Source: a plasmid
Strand: one strand, 5' to 3'
Length of the DNA: 48,068 nt
Sequence record: NZ_CP008945.1
Shown: positions 1 to 8,746 of the stretch, piece by piece
Layout of the letters: each line of letters opens with the position of its first letter
How positions within the stretch are numbered: position 1 is the stretch's first letter
The notes under the pieces: model-generated
The model's input: the letters and a program-made list of their open reading frames with translations, nothing else
Database searches by the model: none
What the model was told of the DNA's origin: nothing
Position numbers and translations under genes: made by a program

Positions 1-4
1 CTAT

Positions 5-21
5 GACGTCGAAAATGATAA
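5..21. repeat. Left terminal 17-bp inverted repeat GACGTCGAAAATGATAA. It is the perfect reverse complement of 48042..48058. Candidate outer att arm.
   Basis: Exact reverse-complement match between the two window ends, read directly from the sequence. Confidence 0.6.
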
Positions 22-157
22 GTAGGCGTTTGCATTAGCGAGTATGCCCCAAGGGGGCCAAGAAAATCGCTTGCGTTAGCGAGTGTATAGCGCGTTAGCT
101 CTGACCTGCAGAAACGCTCCCCGAGCACTATCACTTCGCTGCTGCCACGATTTCTGG

Positions 158-198
158 GCATGAGAAAAGCCCGTCCGGCGCTCATGCACGAACGGGCT
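158..198 (-). terminator. Candidate rho-independent terminator downstream of serine recombinase A.
   Basis: Hairpin AGCCCGT...ACGGGCT followed on the minus strand by TTTTCTC, about 20 bp after the stop at 219. Confidence 0.35.
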
Positions 199-218
199 AA
201 AAATTTCCCTCTAACCTC

Positions 219-1790
219 CTACAGCTGAACCCTCACTACCTCACCAACTCGGAACACGAACCGGATCGTATCCTCGTCTACGATGGCGTGGTCGATGAGT
301 GCGCTCCACTGTGAGGGGCGGAACTCGCTCACAGGTTCGCCCGCCAGATCGCCTAGGGCTGTAGTGACGGCGGCATGCTTGGCAGTGTTCGCTGCAATAT
401 CTGCCTCTAGGCTCGCTTTGCATGCGAGTGTCTTACGGTAGGCAGTATCGAGCTCTGTGTACTTGTTTTGGTAGGCGTCTTGGTCGAGCGCGCGTTGCTG
501 GTTTTCCGCAATCAGTGCTTCGATCTGCTCAGTGAGTTCCACGATTTTCGCCTGGCAGGCGGCGGCTTGTTCTTCCATGCGGCTCGTATCAAACATGGAG
601 TCAAAGATTTGCAGTAGGTGGCTTTGCCGTGACTGGCGGGCGATCAGTTGGTTGAGTGCTTGGACGAAAGCGTTCTTGATATGTTCGTCCTTCACAGTCG
701 CGCTGCTGCAAGGGTGTTCGACTGCGTATTTGTGGTTGCATTGCCAGACTGTGTACTTATATTTCGTGTTCGACGCCCACGTTTTACGCCCATACCATGC
801 ACCACACTGCGCACACTTGAGCCGGGTGGAGAATAAGCCGACTTTTGCTGACGATATGTTGCCATGCCTGGTGGTGAGCTCGTATTGCACCTGATCCCAG
901 ATACGCGGTTCGATGATCGGCTCATGATTACCTGATACATAGTATTGGGGTACTTCGCCTTCGTTGACCTTCATCTTCTTAGTAAGGAAATCGGTGGTGA
1001 ACGTCTTTTGCAGCAGGGCATCGCCCTTGTATTTTTCATTCGACAGGATGGAACGCACTGTCGACGTTGACCACACCTCTTTCCCACGCGGGGTGAGAAT
1101 CTTGCGGGTAGCGAGCTCGGTTTTGATCTCACTGATAGCCATCCCGTCAAGGAAAAGCTGGTAGATCAACCGGACAGTCGGTGCCTGGGTTTCGTCAATG
1201 ACGAGGTTACCGTCCGCTCCTTTCTTGTATCCGAGCAGCGACTTGTAGGGCACCATGACTTTTCCATCGGCAAAACGTTTCCTGTGTCCCCAGGTGACGT
1301 TTTCGGAGATAGAGCGGGATTCTTCTTGCGCCAGTGAGCTCATGATCGTGATCAATAGCTCGCCTTTGGCGTCGAAGGTGTAAATATTTTCCTTCTCAAA
1401 ATAGACCTCGACGCCTGCGTCTTTGAGCTTGCGCACGGTAGTGAGCGAGTCGACGGTGTTGCGTGCGAACCGGGACACGGATTTGGTGAGGATCAGATCG
1501 ATTTTGCCTGCCAGGGCATCATCGATCATGGTTTGGAATCCCTCACGGCGCTTCATAGAGGTGCCAGAGATACCTTCGTCGCAGTACATGCCCGCGAACT
1601 GCCAATCATTACGGGAGCGAATGTAGGTGGTGTAGTAGTCGATTTGCGCCTCATATGATGAGGTTTGTTCTTCCATCTCGGTAGAGACTCGCGCGTAGGC
1701 GGCGACCTTTCTGCGTGCCGGTACCCCGGACGGGGTTGTGACAGTTCCGGGTTTCTTTGTTGCGGGTATCGCAGTGACCGTGCGACTCAT
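219..1790 (-). CDS. Large serine recombinase (resolvase/invertase-type catalytic domain plus recombinase and zinc-ribbon domains), copy A.
   Basis: N-terminal YARVST...SGTSMKRREGFQ...KSVSRFARN serine-recombinase motifs. 523 aa. The ATG overlaps the stop of the upstream recombinase (ATGA). Confidence 0.85.
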   Translation of the reverse strand: MSRTVTAIPATKKPGTVTTPSGVPARRKVAAYARVSTEMEEQTSSYEAQIDYYTTYIRSRNDWQFAGMYCDEGISGTSMKRREGFQTMIDDALAGKIDLILTKSVSRFARNTVDSLTTVRKLKDAGVEVYFEKENIYTFDAKGELLITIMSSLAQEESRSISENVTWGHRKRFADGKVMVPYKSLLGYKKGADGNLVIDETQAPTVRLIYQLFLDGMAISEIKTELATRKILTPRGKEVWSTSTVRSILSNEKYKGDALLQKTFTTDFLTKKMKVNEGEVPQYYVSGNHEPIIEPRIWDQVQYELTTRHGNISSAKVGLFSTRLKCAQCGAWYGRKTWASNTKYKYTVWQCNHKYAVEHPCSSATVKDEHIKNAFVQALNQLIARQSRQSHLLQIFDSMFDTSRMEEQAAACQAKIVELTEQIEALIAENQQRALDQDAYQNKYTELDTAYRKTLACKASLEADIAANTAKHAAVTTALGDLAGEPVSEFRPSQWSALIDHAIVDEDTIRFVFRVGEVVRVQL

Positions 1791-3037
1791 GCCAACCTCC
1801 CCTCACTGGTTAAGCCCACCGGCGTCATAGTTCCATCCGCGAGGTGGAATGTGAGCTGGTGCGGGAAGGCTTCAATCATCACGATCTGCTCGCCAACCTG
1901 GACGGGGTCGAAACTTTGGGTGCCGAGCATGTCTGCGCAGGCTTGTTCGAGGAGTGTTTCGCGTAGGTTGTGCCCCCTACAGGGGTTGCCGTTCCCGGTG
2001 CAGGCACTCCAGCACCGCCAAAACTTATACGAGGTTCCAGACTTGTAGGTGCGGGTTTTGCGTTGATAGTTCTTCCCGCACGCGCCGCAGCAGATCCGTC
2101 CAGTGAACACGCCCGTGTTCTTTGACGGGGTCGCCGCCGGACCAATCTCGCGCCGATGAGCGATTTCTGCTTGCACCGCGTCAAACATCTCCTCGTCAAT
2201 GATTGGTGGGAGGGCTTGCTCAACCCAGTATCGCGGCAGCTCCCCGTCGTTGAGGGCACATGTGGGTGCTTGGATTGTGGGGCGGTACATTTTCTGTAGC
2301 ATTTGGCAGCCCTTGTAGCGCTCATTTTCGAGCATGCGACGAAACACTGACCCGTAGAAGCGTCCTCCACCGCGCGAACGCGCCCCTTGACCATTGAGGA
2401 TCGCGGCTGTCTTTTCCGGGCTGATCCCATCGAGATAATTGGCAAACAGTAAGCGCACAATCTTGGCTTCATCTTCAATGATGGTGAACTGGCCGTCTGC
2501 CCAGCTATAGCCGTAGACGACGAAAGAATTTGTGCCACCGTTCTTGTACCGGTTACGGATTGCCCATTTGACGTTCTGGGACAGGGAACGGGATTCTTCT
2601 TGAGCAAACGACGCCAACAAGGTCAGCAGGAGTTCTCCGTCAGCGCTGAGAGTGTCGATGCGTTCGCGTTCGAAGCGCACAGCCACACCAAGGTCTTTCA
2701 GCTCACGAACCGTAGCGAGCAGGTCGACAGTGTTGCGGGCAAGGCGCGAGATCGATTTACACAACACAAGATCGATCTTTCCTGCTCTGGCTGTGTTCAT
2801 CAGGTCGGCCAGGCCTTGCCGGGATTTCATCGAAGTGCCAGTAACCCCTTCGTCAGTGAATACACCCGCATAGGCCCATCCGGGCGTGGATTGGATCAGG
2901 CGCGAATAATACGACACTTGCGCCGATAGGGATGCTAACTGCTCGACGGCGTTGGTTGAGACCCGCGTGTATGCTGCTACGTTGACCAGTTTCGGGGTCG
3001 GCGGCCGAACTGGTGTCACCACACTAACTTGTGCCAC
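1787..3037 (-). CDS. Large serine recombinase, copy B. The likely start is the GTG at 3037, preceded by GAAAGGAG; the ORF track extends to 3067.
   Basis: AAYTRVST...GVTGTSMKSRQG...KSISRLARN motifs. A Cys-rich zinc-ribbon region. A C-terminal coiled-coil-like segment. Confidence 0.85.
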   Translation of the reverse strand: MAQVSVVTPVRPPTPKLVNVAAYTRVSTNAVEQLASLSAQVSYYSRLIQSTPGWAYAGVFTDEGVTGTSMKSRQGLADLMNTARAGKIDLVLCKSISRLARNTVDLLATVRELKDLGVAVRFERERIDTLSADGELLLTLLASFAQEESRSLSQNVKWAIRNRYKNGGTNSFVVYGYSWADGQFTIIEDEAKIVRLLFANYLDGISPEKTAAILNGQGARSRGGGRFYGSVFRRMLENERYKGCQMLQKMYRPTIQAPTCALNDGELPRYWVEQALPPIIDEEMFDAVQAEIAHRREIGPAATPSKNTGVFTGRICCGACGKNYQRKTRTYKSGTSYKFWRCWSACTGNGNPCRGHNLRETLLEQACADMLGTQSFDPVQVGEQIVMIEAFPHQLTFHLADGTMTPVGLTSEGRLA

Positions 3038-3060
3038 GTTTTCTCCTTTCGTGTTAGGTC

Positions 3061-3099
3061 TATACACGCTCTAAACCAGGTGTTTATCCAGTCGTTTCG
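3061..3099 (-). promoter_or_regulatory. R-motif copy 1 (CGAAACGACTGGATAAAC...TTTAGAGCGTGTATAGACC), immediately upstream of the recombinase B RBS.
   Basis: Shares the CGA[A/T]ACGACTGGATAA core and the TTTAGAG[C/T]GTGTAT segment with the copy at 23157..23213. Confidence 0.5.
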
Positions 3100-3293
3100 C
3101 CCACAATCTGTGGTTGATAGATCGGGCTCAACGCCTGGAACAACAACCGATAGACACGCCGATACTCTGCGGGGGTTAGCACTCCTCGACCTGCCAGCAT
3201 GCTCAACGTGTGAGCGTCAGTAATGAAGGCGAGTTCTCGGGTGAACACCTCGGGCCTTGTCATCTGGTCGACCGTGGTGGCGAGCGTGTTCAT
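3084..3293 (-). CDS. Small hypothetical protein (69 aa), translationally coupled to the upstream zinc-ribbon gene by an ATGA overlap.
   Basis: ATG at 3293 overlaps the stop at 3290 of the preceding gene. No recognisable domain. Confidence 0.35.
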   Translation of the reverse strand: MNTLATTVDQMTRPEVFTRELAFITDAHTLSMLAGRGVLTPAEYRRVYRLLFQALSPIYQPQIVGETTG

Positions 3294-3673
3294 GAGCGCC
3301 CACCTCGGGTGCCAAAGCGAGCACGCACATAACAGGCGTGACAGCAATACTTTTGACCTGGCTTGTCCACGATCACGAAGCGGTGCCCGCAGTGTGCACA
3401 GGTCTGCTTGCGCACGGGCTCGGTTTTCTGCCGTTCCCGCCAAGCTTTATGCCTGCAGGCGGGCGAGCAAAACCGAGCACGAGCACCTCCCCGAATAGGG
3501 CTGGCACACCAGCGGCACACCCGCTGAGCCACCACTGAACCGGCCTCGAGATTTCGGCTGGTGCAGTATGAACGGACCTGGTCACGGGTCAAGGCGCAAA
3601 ACTCGGCAATCGCTTTATACCCCCAGCCTGCTGTGCGCAGGTTACGGATACGTTCTTCTTCAATGTTCTTCAC
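3290..3673 (-). CDS. DNA-binding protein with an N-terminal HTH (sigma region-4-like) and two CxxC...CxxC zinc ribbons. Possible regulator or recombination directionality factor.
   Basis: CRWC...CSPAC and CAHC...CCHAC motifs. GTG start preceded by GAAGGGAG. An X-motif lies upstream. Confidence 0.55.
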   Translation of the reverse strand: MKNIEEERIRNLRTAGWGYKAIAEFCALTRDQVRSYCTSRNLEAGSVVAQRVCRWCASPIRGGARARFCSPACRHKAWRERQKTEPVRKQTCAHCGHRFVIVDKPGQKYCCHACYVRARFGTRGGRS

Positions 3674-3687
3674 AGTGGGGTCACTCC

Positions 3688-3729
3688 CTTCACCCCACTG
3701 CCGACAAACCCGTATGTGTTAAATCCGCC
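3688..3729 (-). promoter_or_regulatory. X-motif copy 1 (plus-strand CCTTCACCCCACTGCCGACAAACC...GTGTTAAATCCGC), upstream of the gene starting at 3673.
   Basis: One of three ~40-bp near-identical motifs. Each sits directly upstream of a minus-strand gene start. Confidence 0.45.
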
Positions 3730-3737
3730 CGTAAAAT

Positions 3738-3798
3738 GACGAAAAGCCCCGCCACCACCGGCTTCCCGAAAGTTGGGAAATCACAGTGATGACGGGGC
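3738..3798 (-). terminator. Candidate terminator after the endolysin gene.
   Basis: GCCCCG...CGGGGC stem with an inner TTCCC/GGGAA hairpin, followed on the minus strand by TTTTCGTCATTTT. Confidence 0.35.
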
Positions 3799-3825
3799 TT
3801 CAATACGCCACAGGAGCGTGCGGGG

Positions 3826-4638
3826 TTAGTAGCCGAGCTTGGCGTTCACTCGCGCTTGCACAGCGCTGTAGAGGTTTCCGAGACGGCGTTTACGCTCTTC
3901 GCCATTGCCGTACTCGCCACGGATCACGGCATCGGCAAGAGCATCGATGTTGGGCCCGGCGGGCTTCGTGGGCGTTCGGCCGGAGAGCTTTTCGTTGACT
4001 CGCTGTTGGACGGCGGCGTAGTTGGCTCCGAGGCGACGCTTGCGCTCATCCCCGTTGCCGTAGTCGCCACGGATCACGGCATCGGCGAGAGCGTCGATGT
4101 CCGGTGTGGCTGGTGCTGGTACTGGGGTGTTGCCGGTCATCTGCTCATACCAAGACTGTGCTCGTGCCATATACGCGGCGTGCTGACTGCCTGCCAGCGA
4201 GGCGGGGCATTCGGTCGAGGAGAAGTTCTTGTGCCCGAACACGTTCTTCCCCCAGACCGGTCGGCCGAGACCGTAGAACTTGCAAACGGCCGCGACGAGG
4301 TGTGCTCCGTTATCAAGGCACGCCTCCGACACAGCCCATGAATCACTAGTCATGTCGGCGTGTTCGATGCCGATGGAGGTGGTGTTGGCTACCCAGTTTC
4401 CTGCGTGCCAGGCGGTATCACGGTCCCACACCAACTGGCCTATGCGTCCGTCGGATTGAACTTGGTAGTGGGCGGAAGCAGGACGGGTTTGCCACACGTC
4501 GTAACATCCCTTGATGGTGAGGTTTCCGGCGTTGTGGTGGATGATGACCTTATCGATCCGTCTACCGTTCCTGCCGGGTGTGTAGTGCTTGTTCATGATG
4601 AGGCCGATATCGGCCTCAAGCGCGAACCAATTCTTCAT
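3826..4638 (-). CDS. Endolysin: N-acetylmuramoyl-L-alanine amidase (Amidase_2/PGRP) with two C-terminal CW_7 (Cpl-7-type) cell-wall-binding repeats.
   Basis: HHNAG...WHAGN amidase_2 signature. Two ~42-aa repeats IDALADAVIRG(D/E)YGNG(D/E)ERKRRLG...VQ.RVN.KL. RBS AAAGGAG. Confidence 0.85.
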   Translation of the reverse strand: MKNWFALEADIGLIMNKHYTPGRNGRRIDKVIIHHNAGNLTIKGCYDVWQTRPASAHYQVQSDGRIGQLVWDRDTAWHAGNWVANTTSIGIEHADMTSDSWAVSEACLDNGAHLVAAVCKFYGLGRPVWGKNVFGHKNFSSTECPASLAGSQHAAYMARAQSWYEQMTGNTPVPAPATPDIDALADAVIRGDYGNGDERKRRLGANYAAVQQRVNEKLSGRTPTKPAGPNIDALADAVIRGEYGNGEERKRRLGNLYSAVQARVNAKLGY

Positions 4639-4640
4639 GA

Positions 4641-5096
4641 CTAGTTCTCCTTTGTGTTTTCAGTGGTCGTTTCGGTCAGGGGTGGTCTGGTGTCGGCGCG
4701 GTTGGCAATCGCATCGAGCGCGCCACGCATTTGGGCAGGAACAGGCAGGCCCAGGCGGGTGGCGTTCTCGATCAGCGAGATGCCTTCGTTGGACAGGTAG
4801 AAGAAAATGACCGCCGCACGCAGCACGCCTGGCGCGCCGAGAATATGGACGTCGATCAAATGGGCGAGCCCGACGAGGGTGAAGATAAGGATCTTGCGGC
4901 TGATACCCCTAAAACCGACGGATGAGCTGAGGCGGCGCTCTGAAATGGCGGCGAAGACGCCGGTGATGTAGTCGGCGATAGCGAAGACGATCAGCGCATA
5001 GACAAGGCCGTCGAGCCCTCCAAGATAAGCGGCGAGCCAAGCACCGAAACCGGCGATGCCGGTTTGGATGGCGTGCCAGATAGCGTGAATAGACAT
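4641..5096 (-). CDS. Holin (toxin-secretion/phage-lysis holin family, Phage_holin_4_1-like). Likely start at 5096; the ORF track extends to 5144.
   Basis: Several transmembrane segments. DYITG...S..GFRGISRK motif. Sits immediately upstream of the endolysin. RBS GGAAGGAAC. Confidence 0.7.
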   Translation of the reverse strand: MSIHAIWHAIQTGIAGFGAWLAAYLGGLDGLVYALIVFAIADYITGVFAAISERRLSSSVGFRGISRKILIFTLVGLAHLIDVHILGAPGVLRAAVIFFYLSNEGISLIENATRLGLPVPAQMRGALDAIANRADTRPPLTETTTENTKEN

Positions 5097-5187
5097 AAAG
5101 CGTGTTCCTTCCAGGGTGGGTGGGCAAATGAAAAATACCCCCACCCATCTGGGGTGAAGGCAACAAAGAATCCCGCGTCGTAGCGGG

Positions 5188-5409
5188 TTACATGGTCGGG
5201 TCAGTCAAGACCTCCAAGATCGGCAGGCTCAAGTCGAAGGACGCCGCCTTGGGTGCTGGTAGTTCGTGGGCTTTGATAGCCTCTGCGGGTGGTGCAGGCG
5301 TGGCATCGGATTCAATTGGGACGATCGGCAACTGCACCTCATCGTCAGGCGTTGACTCATCAGCGGAGACTTCGGTGAGTTCTTTGCTCTTTTCTTCTTC
5401 GGCGCTCAT
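5188..5409 (-). CDS. Small acidic hypothetical protein.
   Basis: ORF with coupled overlap to the upstream gene. No recognisable domain. Confidence 0.4.
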   Translation of the reverse strand: MSAEEEKSKELTEVSADESTPDDEVQLPIVPIESDATPAPPAEAIKAHELPAPKAASFDLSLPILEVLTDPTM

Positions 5410-5828
5410 GTGTTGTCCTTGGTGATCGCGTCGTAGAGAACGTCGTAGGCCTCGGCCGCTTCGCCAGACAGCTCACCGTCATAGCCATCAAGAAGTGTTT
5501 TCACGTCCTTGTCGTGGCCGTCGTAGGTTGGCCCCGACACTTCAGCAATCGAGGTCAGCAGATTCTGACGGGCATCGAGAAATTCACTCGCTTTGTCGGG
5601 GTCAGCGAGCATGAAGGTGCCGTCGTCAGCGAACACTGGGCGACCACTCTCATCGAGGCTCGCATAGTGGGTGACGAGGTCGTATTCATCTTCCCCAAAC
5701 CGAGCAATCGCCTCCCTCACCAACGTCAGAAGTTTCGAGCGAGCACGGGACTGTGCCGCCTTCAACGGCATATTGGTGAGTAGGTCGGCGACGGGTTGGA
5801 GCTGCTGGTTGGCGAGCATGATGCGCAT
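5406..5828 (-). CDS. Hypothetical phage protein located between the tail genes and the lysis genes.
   Basis: Position and coding-like composition only. Confidence 0.45.
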   Translation of the reverse strand: MRIMLANQQLQPVADLLTNMPLKAAQSRARSKLLTLVREAIARFGEDEYDLVTHYASLDESGRPVFADDGTFMLADPDKASEFLDARQNLLTSIAEVSGPTYDGHDKDVKTLLDGYDGELSGEAAEAYDVLYDAITKDNT

Positions 5829-5839
5829 AGGTGTTCTCC

Positions 5840-8713
5840 TTAGCTGAGGGTGGTGGGCATGGTGGACAGGCCGGTGTTCGAGTAGTACTGCCAGGTGATG
5901 TTTGACCCCGACCCGGAAATCGAGGTGATCCAGCCACGGTTCAACAGCCCGATCAGCGTGTTCATCCGGCCCATGAGGTCACTGACCCTGTCGAAGAGGC
6001 GGCTCATGTTGTAGTAGGCACCGTTGGTGACGACCATCAGGTCGTAGGTGTGGAACACGACCTTCGAGTTCCCGGTCTGCCCCACCCAGCCCGGATGGGT
6101 TCCTTTCCCGCTGAGCGCACAGTCCTGCAACACCGCATACCGAGAGCCGGTGGTGTAGAACTTGTAGCCGTTCGTGCGCAGATCATCACCCAAGTGGATG
6201 CCAGCCTTACCGTAGAAGCGGCCCTTCGGATCCAGCGTCAAACACGTGAAATAGTCCCCGCCCGAGGCCGTCTGATACGTCCAGGCGACATAGTCGCCTC
6301 GGTAAGCAAGCTGGTTGACGATGCCCTGCACGTCGGGCTTGTCCTTGTGAGGACGCCTGGCCATCTCCCCGATATAGCGGGTGCCGTACCAGAACCGCAT
6401 CCCCGAACTGGAGATCGTGCCCTCCAGGGAGGACCCGTCATACCACGCGATCTGGGTTGGTGAAATGCGGATGGATTGTGTCCATCCGGCGAGCCCGACT
6501 TGGATCGCGTTGGTGGCGAGCTTGTCGGCAGTGATCGACTTCGCCCCAATCCGCGCCGCCGACAGTGTCCCGGTGGTGATCTTGCCAGCATCCAGCGAGG
6601 CAACCTTCGCCGAGATGATCGCCGCGTCCTTGATCATCGCCGTGGTGATGAACCCGTTGGCAATGGTCAACTTGTCGGACGTGATCGACCCGGCAGCGAT
6701 CCGTGCCGCCGACAAGGTACCGGTCGTAATCTTCGACGCCGACAGACTGCCAACCTTTGCGTCCGTGATCGCGGCGTTGGCAATCATTGCGGTGGTGATG
6801 AACCCACTCGCGATGGTCAGCTTGTCGGAGGTAATACTTCCCGTGGCGATACGGTCAGCCGCCAAGAACCCAGCCGTGATTTTGGCTGCCGACAGTGAAC
6901 TGATTTTCGCGTTGGTGATCGCGGCGTCGGCGATGTGTGCGGTGCCGATGGCGGCATCTGCGATGTGTGCTTGGCTGATCGCTTTCGGCCCAATCATCGC
7001 GGCGCCGACCGGTGTTGGTTCCCATTGGTTGTTGGTGAGGAGATATTGGCGGGCGATCACGCCGTCGACGCGCACTTGCCACAGCGCACCCTCCGGTCGA
7101 CCAGCCGCATCCGCTACGCTCGGATCAACAACAGCAACCGTGAGCCGCCCATCCGAGGTCACCGCAATGTCATGGGCATCCTGCGCCAACTGGGTAGCAC
7201 CAGCGGCTGCGGTCTTGGCCTGGTCGATCTTCACCTGCGCCGATGCCATCTGAGTGGCGACAGCATCGGCGGCGGTTTGTGCATCTTGGGCAGCGGTGAG
7301 GGCGTGGTCGACCTCTGCGCGGGCGGCGTCGAGTTCGGCCTGCACCTGGGCATGATTCAGATCAGTAGCGAGTGCCACCCAGCCGGGCTGCCCGGTGTCG
7401 GTCACGCGGTAGATCCAGATTTCTGTGGTTTCGCCGTTGCTCTTGAACCATGTGTCACCCAGCTGCGCGGTGGTGGGCTGCACGGTGCCGTAGTGGTTGG
7501 TGTTCTTCCCGTCCGCTGAAGCGAGTGCGAATCCTGCCGCATCCGACGCAGCCACCGCCGTATTGATGGCGGTCTTGATCTGCCGGGTGACAGACGTGAA
7601 CTTCCGAGCGGTAGAACCCAGTTCGACCGAGATGTACTGGAGCGTGAGTGGGTTGTATTCGTAAGCGACCACCCGTGCCGTGAGCGCAATCCCAAGATCA
7701 GCGTGACGGACGGTCACGGTGTCGCCAATTTCGACGGTTTCCAGGCGTGCAAGATCAGCGTATTCACGGGTGGTGGCGAGGTCGACGAACCGCACCTTAT
7801 ACGAGCCCGACGGCTCATCGACATGTCTTGCGCTGAATTCTGCTGCAGCTAGTCGGCGCAGCTCAGAGTGGGCTTGGTCGAGTGGGAGTTCACCTTCGCG
7901 CGGGTTGTCTTTATCAGTGATGGCTTTGACTTGTCCGTAGCGGATGACGTGGATACGCGGCACCACATAATCGCCCAACTTCGGCGAATCCACATAGAGT
8001 TCGGGTAGGAGTAGGCCGTCGTATCCGACTGGCAGAATCCGCGTCGCCACTGTTGAGAAGTCAATGGATGATTCGAAGCCAGTGAGGTTTTTCCGATCAC
8101 GAATCACCACCCCATGGTTGGCTCCGCGCATGGGCGTGTGATGGATCAGCCAATTATTACGCGTAATCTCGCCGCCCCAACGCGCAGCGAACGTGTTGTC
8201 CTCGCCCGCATCCATGAGAGCGGCGGCGATGGGCATGCGCACCAACCGCGCCGACGAGCGCGTCACCGTATCCGACGAGGTAGCAGTAAACCCGTGGCTC
8301 GTGTTCGCAGCCGCCAGGATCTGGGTGAGTGCACCTTTGGCGGTTTTGTTGACCACGTAGGTGTCGGCGATGAGATTCGCCGCCAGATCATAAAAGATGT
8401 GAAACGCCGTTACTTCGAGCATGCCTTCGAGGGTGGTGGCGACCTCGCTGATGCGGAACCCCTGACGTTGCTCCAGCCCTGGCACGAGCGCTGCCACAAT
8501 GTTCTCAAGCGTCAGGTGCTGTGCTGCAGGTCCATCTGCTGGGTAGGTGAAGGTCAGGGAGAATTCGCCGCCGAGTTCCTCGACCACGATCGGGTTGATG
8601 ATCTCCCGGTCGAGCACGCCGAGTCCGGTGGTGGTGAATGTCGTGGCGGTGCGGTCGTGAACCGTAATCATGAGAGGCCTTCCAAACAAAACAATTTGGC
8701 CACCCCATAACAA
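5840..8713 (-). CDS. Tail tip or receptor-binding tail protein (Tal-like N-terminus, a coiled coil, ~39-aa tandem repeats, and a C-terminal distal domain).
   Basis: 957 aa, immediately after Dit. Repeats of the form AITDAKVGSLSASKITTGTLSAARIAAGSITSDKLTIA.GFITTAMI. Confidence 0.7.
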   Translation of the reverse strand: MLWGGQIVLFGRPLMITVHDRTATTFTTTGLGVLDREIINPIVVEELGGEFSLTFTYPADGPAAQHLTLENIVAALVPGLEQRQGFRISEVATTLEGMLEVTAFHIFYDLAANLIADTYVVNKTAKGALTQILAAANTSHGFTATSSDTVTRSSARLVRMPIAAALMDAGEDNTFAARWGGEITRNNWLIHHTPMRGANHGVVIRDRKNLTGFESSIDFSTVATRILPVGYDGLLLPELYVDSPKLGDYVVPRIHVIRYGQVKAITDKDNPREGELPLDQAHSELRRLAAAEFSARHVDEPSGSYKVRFVDLATTREYADLARLETVEIGDTVTVRHADLGIALTARVVAYEYNPLTLQYISVELGSTARKFTSVTRQIKTAINTAVAASDAAGFALASADGKNTNHYGTVQPTTAQLGDTWFKSNGETTEIWIYRVTDTGQPGWVALATDLNHAQVQAELDAARAEVDHALTAAQDAQTAADAVATQMASAQVKIDQAKTAAAGATQLAQDAHDIAVTSDGRLTVAVVDPSVADAAGRPEGALWQVRVDGVIARQYLLTNNQWEPTPVGAAMIGPKAISQAHIADAAIGTAHIADAAITNAKISSLSAAKITAGFLAADRIATGSITSDKLTIASGFITTAMIANAAITDAKVGSLSASKITTGTLSAARIAAGSITSDKLTIANGFITTAMIKDAAIISAKVASLDAGKITTGTLSAARIGAKSITADKLATNAIQVGLAGWTQSIRISPTQIAWYDGSSLEGTISSSGMRFWYGTRYIGEMARRPHKDKPDVQGIVNQLAYRGDYVAWTYQTASGGDYFTCLTLDPKGRFYGKAGIHLGDDLRTNGYKFYTTGSRYAVLQDCALSGKGTHPGWVGQTGNSKVVFHTYDLMVVTNGAYYNMSRLFDRVSDLMGRMNTLIGLLNRGWITSISGSGSNITWQYYSNTGLSTMPTTLS
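6480..6990 (-). repeat. Tandem ~117-bp coding repeats inside the tail tip/fibre gene.
   Basis: Repeated nucleotide units are visible and correspond to the ~39-aa protein repeats. Confidence 0.6.
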
Positions 8714-8746
8714 GGGATGGCCATCGGAACTTGCGTGAGTTGGGTG

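Noticed and set aside
1879-2607. 242-aa alternate-frame ORF inside serine recombinase B, and the ORF at 241..423.
   Set aside because: They are nested in other frames of strongly supported genes.
6381-7253. Long plus-strand ORFs antisense to the tail fibre gene (290 aa, 140 aa, 194 aa).
   Set aside because: Antisense open frames are common in high-GC coding DNA. They carry repeat-derived low-complexity sequence and no RBS.
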